64,000 nucleotides of DNA from Paragordius varius (taxonomy: Eukaryota; Animalia; Nematomorpha): assembly GCA_964247055.1 (NCBI GenBank), contig OZ176058.1, positions 4,216,001 through 4,280,000 on the forward strand, written 5' to 3'. The notes below the pieces were generated by a model. That model saw only the letters and a list, made by a program, of their open reading frames with translations, was not told where the DNA came from and did no database searches. Within the stretch, counting starts at the first letter, position 1, and each line of letters begins with the position of its first letter. A program made the translations under genes and the position numbers. Shown here one piece after another: positions 1 through 15,000 of the stretch.

Positions 1-3000
1 TTTCAACAATCAAATAATTTTTACAACAATCAAAAAATGTTGCCCAATAGCTTTTTAGTGTTTCCAACAATGAAACATATATTTTCAACAATCAAATAAT
101 TTTTCCAACAATCAAATTATGTTGTCTTTTAACTTTTTAGTGTTTCCAACAATCAATCATATATTTTCAACAAAATAATTTCCAACAAAATATGATGCCC
201 AATAGCTTTTTAGTGTTTCTAATTTCCAACAATCAAAATTTGATTTCTTTTAACTTTTTAGTGTTTCCAACAATCAAACATATATTTTCAACAATCAAAT
301 AATTTTTCAAACAATCAAAATATGTTGCCCAATAGCTTTTTACTGTTTCCAACAATCAAACATATATTTTCAACAATCAAATAATTTTTCAAACAATCAA
401 AATATGTTGCCCAATAGCTTTTTAGTATTTCCAACAATCAAACATATATTTTCAACAATCAAATAATTTTTCCAACAATCAAAATATGTTGCCCAATAGC
501 TTTTTAGTACTTCCAACAATCAAATAATTTTTCCAACAATCAAAATATGTTTTCTTTTAACTTTTTAGTGTTTCCAACAATCAAACATATATTTTCAACA
601 ATCAAATAATTTTTTTTTAACAATCAAAATATGTTGCCCAATAGCTTTTTAGTATTTCCAACAATCAAATAATTTTTCCAACAATCAAAATATGTTTTCT
701 TTTAACTTTTTAGTGTTTCCAACAATCAAACATATATTTCAACAATCAAATAAATTTTTCCAACAATCAAAATATGTTTTCTTTTAACTTTTTAGTGTTT
801 CCAACAATCAAACATATATTTTCAACAATCAAATAATTTTTACAACAATCAAAAAATGTTGCCCAATAGCTTTTTAGTGTTTCCAACAATGAAACATATA
901 TTTTCAACAATCAAATAATTTTTCAAACAATCAAAATATGTTGCCCAATAGCTTTTTAGTGTTTCCAACAATCAAACATATATTTTCAACAATCAAATAA
1001 TTTTTTAAACAATCAAAATATGTTCCCCAATAGCTTTTTAGTATTTCCAACAATCAAACATATATTTTCAACAATCAAATAATTTTTCCAACAATCAAAT
1101 TATGTTGTCTTTTAACTTTTTAGTGTTTCCAACAATTAATCATATATTTTCAACAAAATAATTTCCAACAAAATATGATGCCCAATAGCTTTTTAGTGTT
1201 TCTAATTTCCAACAATCAAAATTTGATTTCTTTTAACTTTTTAGTGTTTCCAACAATCAAACATATATTTTCAACAATCAAATAATTTCCAACAAAATAT
1301 GATGCCCAATAGCTTTTTAGTGTTTCTAATTTCCAACAATCAAAATTTGATTTCTTTTAACTTTTTAGTGTATCCAACAATCAAACATATATTTTCAAGA
1401 ATCAAATAATTTTTCCAACAATCAAAATATGTTCCCCAATAGCTTTTTAGTATTTCCAACAATCAAACATATATTTTCAACAATCAAATAATTTTTCCAA
1501 CAATCAAATTATGTTGTCTTTTAACTTTTTAGTGTTTCCAACAATCAATCATATATTTTCAACAAAATAATTTCCAACAAAATATGATGCCCAATAGCTT
1601 TTTAGTGTTTCTAATTTCCAACAATCAAAATTTGATTTCTTTTAACTTTTTAGTGTTTCCAACAATCAAACATATATTTTCATCAATCAAATAATTTTCC
1701 CAACAATCTTATTATGTTGCCTTTTAACTTTTTAGTGTTTCCAACAATCAAACATATATTTTCAAGAATCAAATAATTTTTCCAACAATCAAAATATGTT
1801 CCCCAATAGCATTTTAGTATTTCCAACAATCAAACATATATTTTCAACAATCAAATAATTTTTCCAACAATCAAATTATGTTGTCTTTTAACTTTTTAGT
1901 GTTTCCAACAATCAATCATATATTTTAAACAATCAAATAATTTTCCAACAATAAATATGTTGCCCAATAGTTTTTTACTGTTTCCAACAATTAAATAATT
2001 TTTTCAACAATCAAATTATGTTGTCTTTTAACTTTTTAGTGTTTCCAACAATCAAACATATATTTTCAACAATCAAATAATTTTTCCAACAATCAAATTA
2101 TGTTGTCTTTTAACTTTATAGTGTTTTCAACAATCAATCATATATTTTCAACAATCAAATAATTTCTCCAACAATCAAAATATGATGCCCAATAACTTTT
2201 TAGTGTTTCCAACAATGAAACATATATTTTCAACAATCAAATAATTTTTCAAACAATCAAAATATGTTGCCCAATAGCTTTTTAGTGTTTCCAACAATCA
2301 AACATATATTTTCAATAATCAAATAATTTTTCAAACAATCAAAATATGTTGCCCAATAGCTTTTTAGTATTTCCAACAATCAAACATATATTTTCAACAA
2401 TCAAATAATTTTTCCAACAATCAAAATATGATGCCCAATAACTTTTTAGTGTTTCCAACAATCAAACATATATTTTCAACAATCAAATAATTTTTCCAAC
2501 AATCAAAATATGTTTTCTTTTAACTTTTTAGTGTTTCCAACAATCAAACATATATTTCCAACAATCAAATAATTTTTTTAACAATCAAAATATGTTTTCT
2601 TTTAACTTTTTAGTGTTTCCAACAATCAAACATATATTTCAACAATCAAATAAATTTTCCAACAATCAAAATATGTTGCCCAATAGCTTTTTAGTATTTC
2701 CAACAATCAAACATATATTTTCAACAATCAAATAATTTTTCCAACAATCAAAATATGTTTTCTTTTAACTTTTTAGTGTTTCCAACAATCAAACATATAT
2801 TTTCAACAATCAAATAATTTTTACAACAATCAAAATATGTTGCCCAATAGCTTTTTAGTGTTTCCAACAATCAAACATATATTTTCAACAATCAAATAAT
2901 TTTTCCAACAATCAAATTATGTTGTCTTTTAACTTTTTAGTGTTTCCAACAATCAATCATATATTTTCAACAAAATAATTTCCAACAAAATATGATGCCC

Positions 3001-6000
3001 AATAGCTTTTTAGTGTTTCTAATTTCCAACAATCAAAATTTGATTTCTTTTAACTTTTTCGTGTTTCCAACAATCAAACATATATTTTCAACAATCAAAT
3101 AATTTTTACAACAATCAAAATATGTTGCCCAATAGCTTTTTAGTGCTTCCAACAATGAAACATATATTTTCAACAATCAAATAAATTTTCAAACAATCAA
3201 AATATGTTGCCCAATAGCTTTTTAGTGTTTCCAACAATCAAACATATATTTTCAACAATCAAATAATTTTTCAAACAATCAAAATATGTTCCCCAATAGC
3301 TTTTTACTATTTCCAACAATCAAACATATATTTTTAACAATCAAATAATTTTTCCAACAATCAAATTATGTTGTCTTTTAACTTTTTAGTGTTTCCAACA
3401 ATCAATCATATATTTTCAACAAAATAATTTCCAACAAAATATGATGCCCAATAGCTTTTTAGTGTTTCTAATTTCCAACAATCAAAATTTGATTTCTTTT
3501 AACTTTTTAGTGTTTCCAACAATCAAACATATATTTTCAACAATCAAATAATTTTCCCAACAATCAAAATATGTTTTCTATTAACTTTTTAGTGTTTCCA
3601 ACAATCAAACATATATTTTCAACAATCAAATAATTTCCAACAAAATATGATGCCCAATAGCTTTTTAGTGTTTCTAATTTCCAACAATAATTTGATTTCT
3701 TTTAACTTTTTAGTGTTTCCAACAATCAAACATATATTTTCAACAATCAAATAATTTTTCCAACAATCAAAATATGTTTTCTTTTAACTTTTAAGTGTTT
3801 CCAACAATCAAACATATATTTTCAACAATCAAATAATTTTTTTAACAATCAAATAATTTTTTTAACAATCAAAATATGTTGCCCAATAGCTTTTTAGTAT
3901 TTCCAACAATCAAATAATTTTTCCAACAATCAAAATATGTTGTCTTTTAACTTTTTAGTGTTTCCAACAATCAAACATATATTTTCAACAATCAAATAAT
4001 TTTTCCAACAATCAAAATATGTTGCCCAATAGCTTTTTAGTATTTCCAACAATCAAACATATATTTTCAACAATCAAATAATTTTTCCAACAATCAAAAT
4101 ATGTTTTTGTTTAACTTTTTAGTGTTTCCAACAATCAATCATATATTTTCAACAATCAAATAATTTCCAACAAAATATGAAGCACAATAGCTTTTTAGTG
4201 TTTCTAATTTCCAACAATCAAAATTTGATTTCTTTTAACTTTTTAGTGTTTCCAACAATCAAACATATATTTTCAACAATCAAATAATTTTTCAAACAAT
4301 CAAAATATGTTGCCCAATAGTTTTTACTGTTTCCAACAATCAAACATATATTTTCAACAATCAAATAATTTTTCAAACAATCAAAATATGTTGCCCAATA
4401 GCTTTTTAGTATTTCCAACAATCAAACATATATTTTCAACAATCAAATAATTTTTCCAACAATCAAAATATGTTGCCCAATAGCTTTTTAGTACTTCCAA
4501 CAATCAAAATATGTTTTCTTTTAACTTTTTAGTGTTTCCAACAATCAAACATATATTTTCAACAATCAAATAATTTTTTTAACAATCAAAATATGTTGCC
4601 CAATAGCTTTTTAGTATTTCCAACAATCAAATAATTTTTCCAACAATCAAAATATGTTTTCTTTTAACTTTTTAGTGTTTCCAACAATCAAACATATATT
4701 TCAACAATCAAATAAATTTTCCAACAATCAAAATATGTTGCCCAATAGCTTTTTAGTATTTCCAACAATCAAACATATATTTTCAACAATCAAATAATTT
4801 TTACAACAATCAAAATATGTTGCCCAATAGCTTTTTTGTGTTTCCAACAATGAAACATATATTTTCAACAATCAAATAATTTTTCAAACAATCAAAATAT
4901 GTTGCCCAATAGTTTTTAGTGTTTCCAACAATCAAACATATATTTTCAACAATCAAATAATTTTTAAAACAATCAAAATATGTTCCCCAATAGCTTTTTA
5001 GTATTTCCAACAATCAAACATATATTTTCAACAATCAAATAATTTTTCCAACAATCAAATTATGTTGTCTTTTAACTTTTTAGTGTTTCCAACAATCAAT
5101 CATATATTTTCAACAAAATAATTTCCAACAAAATATGATGCCCAATAGCTTTTTAGTGTTTCTAATTTCCAACAATCAAAATTTGATTTCTTTTAACTTT
5201 TTAGTGTTTCCAACAATCAAACATATATTTTCAACAATCAAATAATTTTCCCAACAATCAAAATATGTTTTCTATTAACTTTTTAGTGTTTCCAACAATC
5301 AAACATATATTTTCAACAATCAAATAATTTCCAACAAAATATGATGCCCAATAGCTTTTTAGTGTTTCTAATTTCCAACAATCAAAATTTGATTTCTTTT
5401 AACTTTTTAGTGTATCCAACAATCAAACATATATTTTCAACAATCAAATAATTTTCCCAACAATCTTATTATGTTGTCTTTTAACTTTTTAGTGTTTCCA
5501 ACAATCAAACATATATTTTCAAGAATCAAATAATTTTTCCAACAATCAAAATATGTTCCCCAATAGCTTTTTAGTATTTCCAACAATCAAACATATATTT
5601 TCAACAATCAAATAATTTTTCCAACAATCAAATTATGTTGTCTTTTAACTTTTTAGTGTTTCCAACAATCAATCATATATTTTCAACAAAATAATTTCCA
5701 ACAAAATATGATGCTTAATAGCTTTTTAGTGTTTCTAATTTCCAACAATCAAAATTTGATTTCTTTTAACGTTTTAGTGTTTCCAACAATCAAACATATA
5801 TTTTCAACAATCAAATAATTTTCCCAACAATCTTATTATGTTGTCTTTTAACTTTTTAGTGTTTCCAACAATCAAACATATATTTTCAAGAATCAAATAA
5901 TTTTTCCAACAATCAAAATATGTTCCCCAATAGCATTTTAGTATTTCCAACAATCAAACATATATTTTCAACAATCAAATAATTTTTCCAACAATCAAAT

Positions 6001-9000
6001 TATGTTGTCTTTTAACTTTATAGTGTTTTCAACAATCAATCATATATTTTCAACAATCAAATAATTTCTCCAACAATCAAAATATGATGCCCAATAACTT
6101 TTTAGTGTTTCCAACAATGAAACATATATTTTCAACAATCAAATAATTTTTCAAACATTCAAAATATGTTGCCCAATAGCTTCTACTGTTTCCAACAATC
6201 AAACATATATTTTCAACAATCAAATAATTTTTCAAACAATCAAAATATGTTGCCCAATAGCTTTTTAGTATTTCCAACAATCAAACATATATTTTCAACA
6301 ATCAAATAATTTTTCCAACAATCAAAATATGTTGCCCAATAGCTTTTTAGTACTTCCAACAATCAAATAATTTTTCCAACAATCAAAATATGTTTTCTTT
6401 TAACTTTTTAGTGTTTCCAACAATCAAACATATATTTCCAACAATCAAATAATTTTTTTAACAATCAAAATATGTTGCCCAATAGCTTTTTAGTATTTCC
6501 AACAATCAAATAATTTTTCCAACAATCAAAATATGTTTTCTTTTAACTTTTTAGTGTTTCCAACAATCAAACATATATTTCAACAATCAAATAAATTTTC
6601 CAACAATAAAAATATGTTGCCCAATAGCTTTTTAGTGTTTCCAACAATCAAACATATATTTTCAACAATCAAATAATTTTTCAAACAATCAAAATATGTT
6701 CCCCAATAGCTTTTTAGTATTTAACAATCAAACATATATTTTCAACAATCAAATAATTTTTCCAACAATCAAATTATGTTGTCTTTTAACTTTTTAGTGT
6801 TTCCAACAATCAATCATATATTTTCAACAAAATAATTTCCAACAAAATATGATGCCCAATAGCTTTTTAGTGTTTCTAATTTCCAACAATCAAAATTTGA
6901 TTTCTTTTAACTTTTTAGTGTTTCCAACAATCAAACATATATTTTCAACAATCAAATAATTTTTCCAACAATCAAAATATGTTTTCGTTTAACTTTTTAG
7001 TGTTTCCAACAATCAAACATATATTTTCAACAATCAAATAATTTTTACAACAATCAAAATATGTTGCCCAATAGCTTTTTAGTGTTTCCAACAATGAAAC
7101 ATATATTTTCAACAATCAAATAATTTTTCAAACAATCAAAATATGTTGTCTTTTAACTTTTTATTGTTTCCAACAATCAATCATATATTTTCAACAATCA
7201 AATAATTTCCAACAAAATATGATGCACAATAGCTTTTTAGTGTTTCTAATTTCCAACAATCAAAATTTGATTTCTTTTAACTTTTTAGTGTTTCCAACAA
7301 TCAAATATATATTTTCAACAATCAAATAATTTTCCCAACAATCAAAATATGTTTTCTATTAACTTTTTAGTGTTTCCAACAATCAAACATATATTTTCAA
7401 CAATCAAATAATTTTCCCAACAATCAAAATATGTTTTCTATTAACTTATTAGTGTTTCCAACAATCAAACATATATTTTCAACAATCAAATAATTTCCAA
7501 CAATCAAAATATGTTTTCTTTTAACTTTTTAGTGTTTCCAACAATCAAACATATATTTTCAACAATCAAATAATTTTTTAACAATCAAATAATTTTTTTA
7601 ACAATCAAAATATGTTGCCCAATAGCTTTTTAGTATTTCCAACAATCAAATAATTTTTCCAACAATCAAAATATGTTTTCTTTTAACTTTTTAGTGTTTC
7701 CAACAATCAAACATATATTTTCAACAATCAAATAATTTTTCCAACAATCAAAATATGATGCCCAATAGCTTTTTAGTGTTTCTAATTTCCAACAATCAAA
7801 ATTTGATTTCTTTTAACTTTTTAGTGTTTCCAACAATCAAACATATATTTTCAACAATCAAATAATTTTTCCAACAATCAAAATATGTTTTCTTTTAACT
7901 TTTTAGTGTTTCCAACAATCAAACATATATTTTCAACAATCAAATAATTTTTTAACAATCAAATAATTTTTTTAACAATCAAAATATGTTGCCCAATAGC
8001 TTTTTAGTATTTCCAACAATCAAATAATTTTTCCAACAATCAAAATATGTTTTCTTTTAACTTTTTAGTGTTTCCAACAATCAAACATATATTTTCAACA
8101 ATCAAATAATTTTTCCAACAATCAAAATATGTTGCCCAATAGCTTTTTAGTGTTTCCAACAATCAAACATATATTTTCAACAATCAAATAATTTTTACAA
8201 CAATCAAAATATGTTGCCCAATAGCTTTTTAGTGTTTCCAACAATGAAACATATATTTTCAACAATCAAATAATTTTTCAAACAATCAAAATATGTTGTC
8301 TTTTAACTTTTTAGTGTTTCCAACAATCAATCATATATTTTCAACAATCAAATAATTTCCAACAAAATATGATGCACAATAGCTTTTTAGTGTTTCTAAT
8401 TTCCAACAATCAAAATTTGATTTCTTTTAACTTTTTAGTGTTTCCAACAATCAAACATATATTTTCAACAATCAAATAATTTTTCCAACAATCTTATTAT
8501 GTTGTCTTTTAACTTTTTAGTGTTTCCAACAATCATATTTTCAAGATAATTTTTCCAACAATCAAAATATGTTGCCCAATAGCTTTTTAGTATTTTCAAC
8601 AATCAAACATATATTTTCAACAATCAAATAATTTTTCCAACAATCAAAATATGTTTTCTTTTAACTTTTTAGTGTTTCCAACAAGCAAACATATATTTTC
8701 AACAATCTAATAAATTTTTTAACAATCAAAATATGTTGCTCAATAGCTCTTTGGTATTTCCAACAATCAAATAATTTTTCCAACAATCAAAATATGTTGT
8801 CTTTTAACTTTTTAGTGTTTCCAACAATCAAACATATATTTTCACCAATCAAATAATTTTTCCAACAATCAAAATTTGTTGCCCAATAGCTTTTTAGTAT
8901 TTCGAACAATCAAACATATATTTTCAACAATCAAATATTTTTTCCAACAATCAAAATATGTTTTCTTTTAACTTTTTAGTGTTTTCAACAATCAAACATA

Positions 9001-12000
9001 TATTTCCAACAATTAAATAATTTTTTTAACAATCAAAATATGTTGCCCAATAGCTTTTTAGTATTTCCAACAATCAAATAATTTTTCCAACAATCAAAAT
9101 ATGTTTTCTTTTAACTTTTTAGTGTTTCCAACAATCAAACATATATTTCAACAATCAAATAAATTTTCCAACAATAAAAATATGTTGCCCAATAGCTTTT
9201 TAGTATTTCAAACAATCAAACATATATTTTCAACAATCAAATAATATTTCCAACGATCAAAATATGTTTTCTTTTAACTTTTTAGTGTTTCCAACAATCA
9301 AACATATATTTTCAACAATCAAATAATTTTTACAACAATAAAAATATGTTGCCCAATAGCTTTTTAGTGTTTCCAACAATGAAACATATATTTTTAACAA
9401 TCAAATAATTTTTCAAACAATCAAAATATGTTGCCCAATAGCTTTTTAGTGTTTCCAACAATCAAACATATATTTTCAACAATCAAATAATTTTTCAAAC
9501 AATCAAAATATCTTCCCCAATAGCTTTTTAGTATTTAACAATCAAACATATATTTTCAACAATCAAATAATTTTTCCAACAATCAAATTATGTTGTCTTT
9601 TAACTTTTTAGTGTTTCCAACAATCAATCATATATTTTCAACAAAATTGATGCCCAATAGCTTTTTAGTGTTTCTAATTTCCAACAATCAAAATTTGATT
9701 TCTTTTAACTTTTTAGTGTTTCCAACAATCAAACATATATTTTCAACAATCAAATAATTTTTCCAACAATCAAAATATGTTTTCGTTTAACTTTTTAGTG
9801 TTTCCAACAATCAAACATATATTTTCAACAATCAAATAATTTTTACAACAATCAAAATATGTTGCCCAATAGCTTTTTAGTGTTTCCAACAATGAAACAT
9901 ATATTTTCAACAATCAAATAATTTTTCAAACAATCAAAATATGTTGTCTTTTAACTTTTTATTGTTTCCAACAATCAATCATATATTTTCAACAATCAAA
10001 TAATTTCCAACAAAATATGATGCACAATAGCTTTTTAGTGTTTCTAATTTCCAACAATCAAAATTTGATTTCTTTTAACTTTTTAGTGTTTCCAACAATC
10101 AAACATATATTTTCAACAATCAAATAATTTTCCCAACAATCAAAATATGTTTTCTATTAACTTTTTAGTGTTTCCAACAATCAAACATATATTTTCAACA
10201 ATCAAATAATTTCCAACAAAATATGATGCCCAATAGCTTTTTAGTGTTTCTAATTTCCAACAATCAAAATTTGATTTCTTTTAACTTTTTAGTGTTTCCA
10301 ACAATCAAACATATATTTTCAACAATCAAATAATTTTTCCAACAATCAAAATATGTTTTCTTTTAACTTTTTAGTGTTTCCAACAATCAAACATATATTT
10401 TCAACAATCAAATAATTTTTTTAACAATCAAATAATTTTTTTAACAATCAAAATATGTTGCCCAATAGCTGTTTAGTATTTCCAACAATCAAATAATTTT
10501 TCCAACAATCAAAATATGTTTTCTTTTAACTTTTTAGTGTTTCCAACAATCAAACATATATTTTCAACAATCAAATAATTTTTCCAACAATCAAAATATG
10601 TTGCCCAATAGCTTTTTAGTATTTCCAACAATCAAAAATATATTTTCAACAATCAAATAATTTTTCCAACAATCAAAATATGTTTTCGTTTAACTTTTTA
10701 GTGTTTCCAACAATCAAACATATATTTTCAACAATCAAATAATTTTTACAACAATCAAAATATGTTTCCCAATAGCTTTTTAGTGTTTCCAACAATGAAA
10801 CATATATTTTCAACAATCAAATAATTTTTCAAACAATCAAAATATGTTGTCTTTTAACTTTTTAGTGTTTCCAACAATCAATCATATATTTTCAACAATC
10901 AAATAATTTCCAACAAAATATGATGCACAATAGCTTTTTAGTGTTTCTAATTTCCAACAATCAAAATTTGATTTCTTTTAACTTTTTAGTGTTTCCAACA
11001 ATCAAACATATATTTTCAACAATCAAATAATTTTTCCAACAATCTTATTATGTTGTCTTTTAACTTTTTAGTGTTTCCAACAATCAAACATATATTTTCA
11101 AGAATATAATTTTTCCAACAATCAAAATATGTTGCCCAATAGCTTTTTAGTATTTTCAACAATCAAACATATATTTTCAACAATCAAATAATTTTTCCAA
11201 CAATCAAAATATGTTTTCTTTTAACTTTTTAGTGTTTCCAACAAGCAAACATATATTTTCAACAATCTAATAAATTTTTTAACAATCAAAATATGTTGCT
11301 CAATAGCTTTTTGGTATTTCCAACAATCAAATAATTTTTCCAACAATCAAAATATGTTGTCTTTTAACTTTTTAGTGTTTCCAACAATCAAACATATATT
11401 TTCACCAATCAAATAATTTTTCCAACAATCAAAATTTGTTGCCCAATAGCTTTTTAGTATTTCGAACAATCAAACATATATTTTTAACCATCAAATATTT
11501 TTTCCAACAATCAAAATATGTTTTCTTTTAACTTTTTAGTGTTTTCAACAATCAAACATATATTTTCAACAATCAAATAATTTTTTTAACAATCAAAATA
11601 TGTTGTCTTTTAACTATTTAGTGTTTCCAACAATCAAACATATATTTTCAACAATCAAATAATTTTAACAATCTAAATATGTTTTCTTTTAACTTCTTAG
11701 TGTTTCCAACAATCAATCATATATTTTTAACAATCAAATAATTTTTTTAACAATTAAAATATGTTGACCAATAGCTTTTTAGTATTTCCAAAATCAAATA
11801 ATTTTTCCAACAATCAAAATATGTTTTCTTTTAACTTTTTAGTGTTTCCAACAATCAAACATATATTTTCACCAATCAAATAATTTTTCCAACAATCAAA
11901 ATTTGTTGCCCAATAGCTTTTTAGTATTTCGAACAATCAAACATATATTTTTAACCATCAAATATTTTTTCCAACAATCAAAATATGTTTTCTTTTAACT

Positions 12001-15000
12001 TTTTAGTGTTTTCAACAATCAAACATATATTTTCAACAATCAAATAATTTTTTTAACAATCAAAATATGTTGTCTTTTAACTATTTAGTGTTTCCAACAA
12101 TCAAACATATATTTTCAACAATCAAATAATTTTAACAATCTAAATATGTTTTCTTTTAACTTCTTAGTGTTTCCAACAATCAATCATATATTTTTAACAA
12201 TCAAATAATTTTTTTAACAATTAAAATATGTTGACCAATAGCTTTTTAGTATTTCCAAAATCAAATAATTTTTCCAACAATCAAAATATGTTTTCTTTTA
12301 ACTTTTTAGTGTTTCCAACAATCAAACATATATTTTCAACAATCAAATAATTTTCCAACAATAAATATGTTGCCCAATAGTTTTTCAGTGTTTCCAACAA
12401 TTAAATAATTTTTTCAACAATCAAATTATGTCGTCTTTTATCTTTTTAGTGTTTCCAACAATCAGACATATATTTTCAACAATCAAATAATTTTTACAAC
12501 AATCAAAATATCTTGCCCAACAGCTTTTTAGTCTTTCCAACAATCAAACATATATTTTTAACAATCAAATAATTTTTCCAACAATCAAAATATGTTTTCT
12601 TTTAACTTTTTAGTGTTTCCAACAATGAAACATATATTTTCAACAATCAAATAATTTTTCAAATAATCAAAATATGTTGCCCAATAGCTTTTTAGTGTTT
12701 CCAACAATCAAACATATATTTTCAACAATCAAATAATTTTTCCAACAATCAAAATATGTTGCCCAATAGCTTTTTAGTATTTGCAACAATCAAACATATA
12801 TTTTCAACAATCAAATAATTTTTCCAACAATCAAAATATGTTGTCTTTTAACTATTTAGTGTTTCCAACAATCAAACATATATTTTCAACAATCAAATAA
12901 TTTTAACAATCAAAATATGTTTTCTTTTAACATTTTAGTGTTTCCAACAATGAAACATATATTTTCAACAATCAAATAATTTTTCAAACAATCAAAATAT
13001 GTTGCCCAATAGCTTTTTAGTGTTTCCAACAATCAAACATATATTTTCAACAATCAAATAATTTTTCAAACAATCAAAATATGTTCCCCAATAGCTTTTT
13101 AGTATTTCCAACAATCAAACATATATTTTGAACAATCAAATAATTTTTCCAACAATCAAATTATGTTGTCTTTTAACTTTTTAGTGTTTCCAAAAATCAA
13201 TCATATATTATCAACAATCAAATAATTTCCAACAAAATATGATGCCCAATAGCTTTTTAGTGTTTCTAATTTCCAACAATCAAAATTTGATTTCTTTTAA
13301 CTTTTTAGTGTTTCCAACAATCAAACATATATTTTCAACAATCAAATAATTTTTCCAACAATCAAAATATGTTGCCCAATAGCTTTTTAGTGTTTCCAAC
13401 AATCAAACATATATTTTCAACAATCAAATAATTTTTCAAACAATCAAAATATGTTCCCCAATAGCTTTTTAGTATTTAACAATCAAACATATATTTTCAA
13501 CAATCAAATAATTTTTCCAACAATCAAATTATGTTGTCTTTTAACTTTTTAGTGTTTCCAACAATCAATCATATATTTTCAACAAAATAATTTCCAACAA
13601 AATATGATGCCCAATAGCTTTTTAGTGTTTCTAATTTCCAACAATCAAAATTTGATTTCTTTTAACTTTTTAGTGTTTCCAACAATCAAACATATATTTT
13701 CAACAATCAAATAATTTTTCCAACAATCAAAATATGTTTTCGTTTAACTTTTTAGTGTTTCCAACAATCAATCATATATTTTCAACATTCAAATTAATTT
13801 CCAACAAAATATGATGCACAATAGCTTTTTAGTGTTTCCAACAATGAAACATATATTTTCAACAATCAAATAATTTTTCAAACAATCAAAATATGTTGTC
13901 TTTTAACTTTTTTTTGTTTCCAACAATCAATCATATATTTTCAACAATCTAATAATTTTTCCAACAATCAAATTATGTTGTCTTTTAACTTTTTAGTGTT
14001 TCCAACAATCAATATATATTTTCAACAAAATAATTTCCAACAAAATATGATGCCCAATAGCTTTTTAGTGTTTCTAATTTCCAACAATCAAAATTTGATT
14101 TCTTTTAACTTTTTAGTGTTTCCAACAATCAAACATATATTTTCAACAATCAAATAATTTTTCCAACAATCAAAATATGTTTTCGTTTAACTTTTTAGTG
14201 TTTCCAACAATCAAACATATATTTTCAACAATCAAATAATTTTTACAACAATCAAAATATGTTGCCCAATAGCTTTTTAGTGTTTCCAACAATGAAACAT
14301 ATATTTTCAACAATCAAATAATTTTTCAAACAATCAAAATATGTTGTCTTTTAACTTTTTTTTGTTTCCAACAATCAATCATATATTTTCAACAATCAAA
14401 TAATTTCCAACAAAATATGATGCACAATAGCTTTTTAGTGTTTCTAATTTCCAACAATCAAAATTTGATTTCTTTTAACTTTTTAGTGTTTCCAACAATC
14501 AAACATATATTTTCAACAATCAAATAATTTTCCCAACAATCAAAATATGTTTTCTATTAACTTTTTAGTGTTTCCAACAATCAAACATATATTTTCAACA
14601 ATCAAATAATTTCCAACAAAATATGATGCCCAATAGCCTTTTAGTGTTTCTAATTTCCAACAATCAAAATTTGATTTCTTTTAACTTTTTAGTGTTTCCA
14701 ACAATCAAACATATATTTTCAACAATCAAATAATTTTTCCAACAATCAAAATATGTTTTCTTTTAACTTTTTAGTGTTTCCAACAATCAAACATATATTT
14801 TCAACAATCAAATAATTTTTTTAACAATCAAATAATTTTTTTAACAATCAAAATATGTTGCCCAATAGCTGTTTAGTATTTCCAACAATCAAATAATTTT
14901 TCCAACAATCAAAATATGTTTTCTTTTAACTTTTTAGTGTTTCCAACAATCAAACATATATTTTCAACAATCAAATAATTTTTCCAACAATCAAAATATG

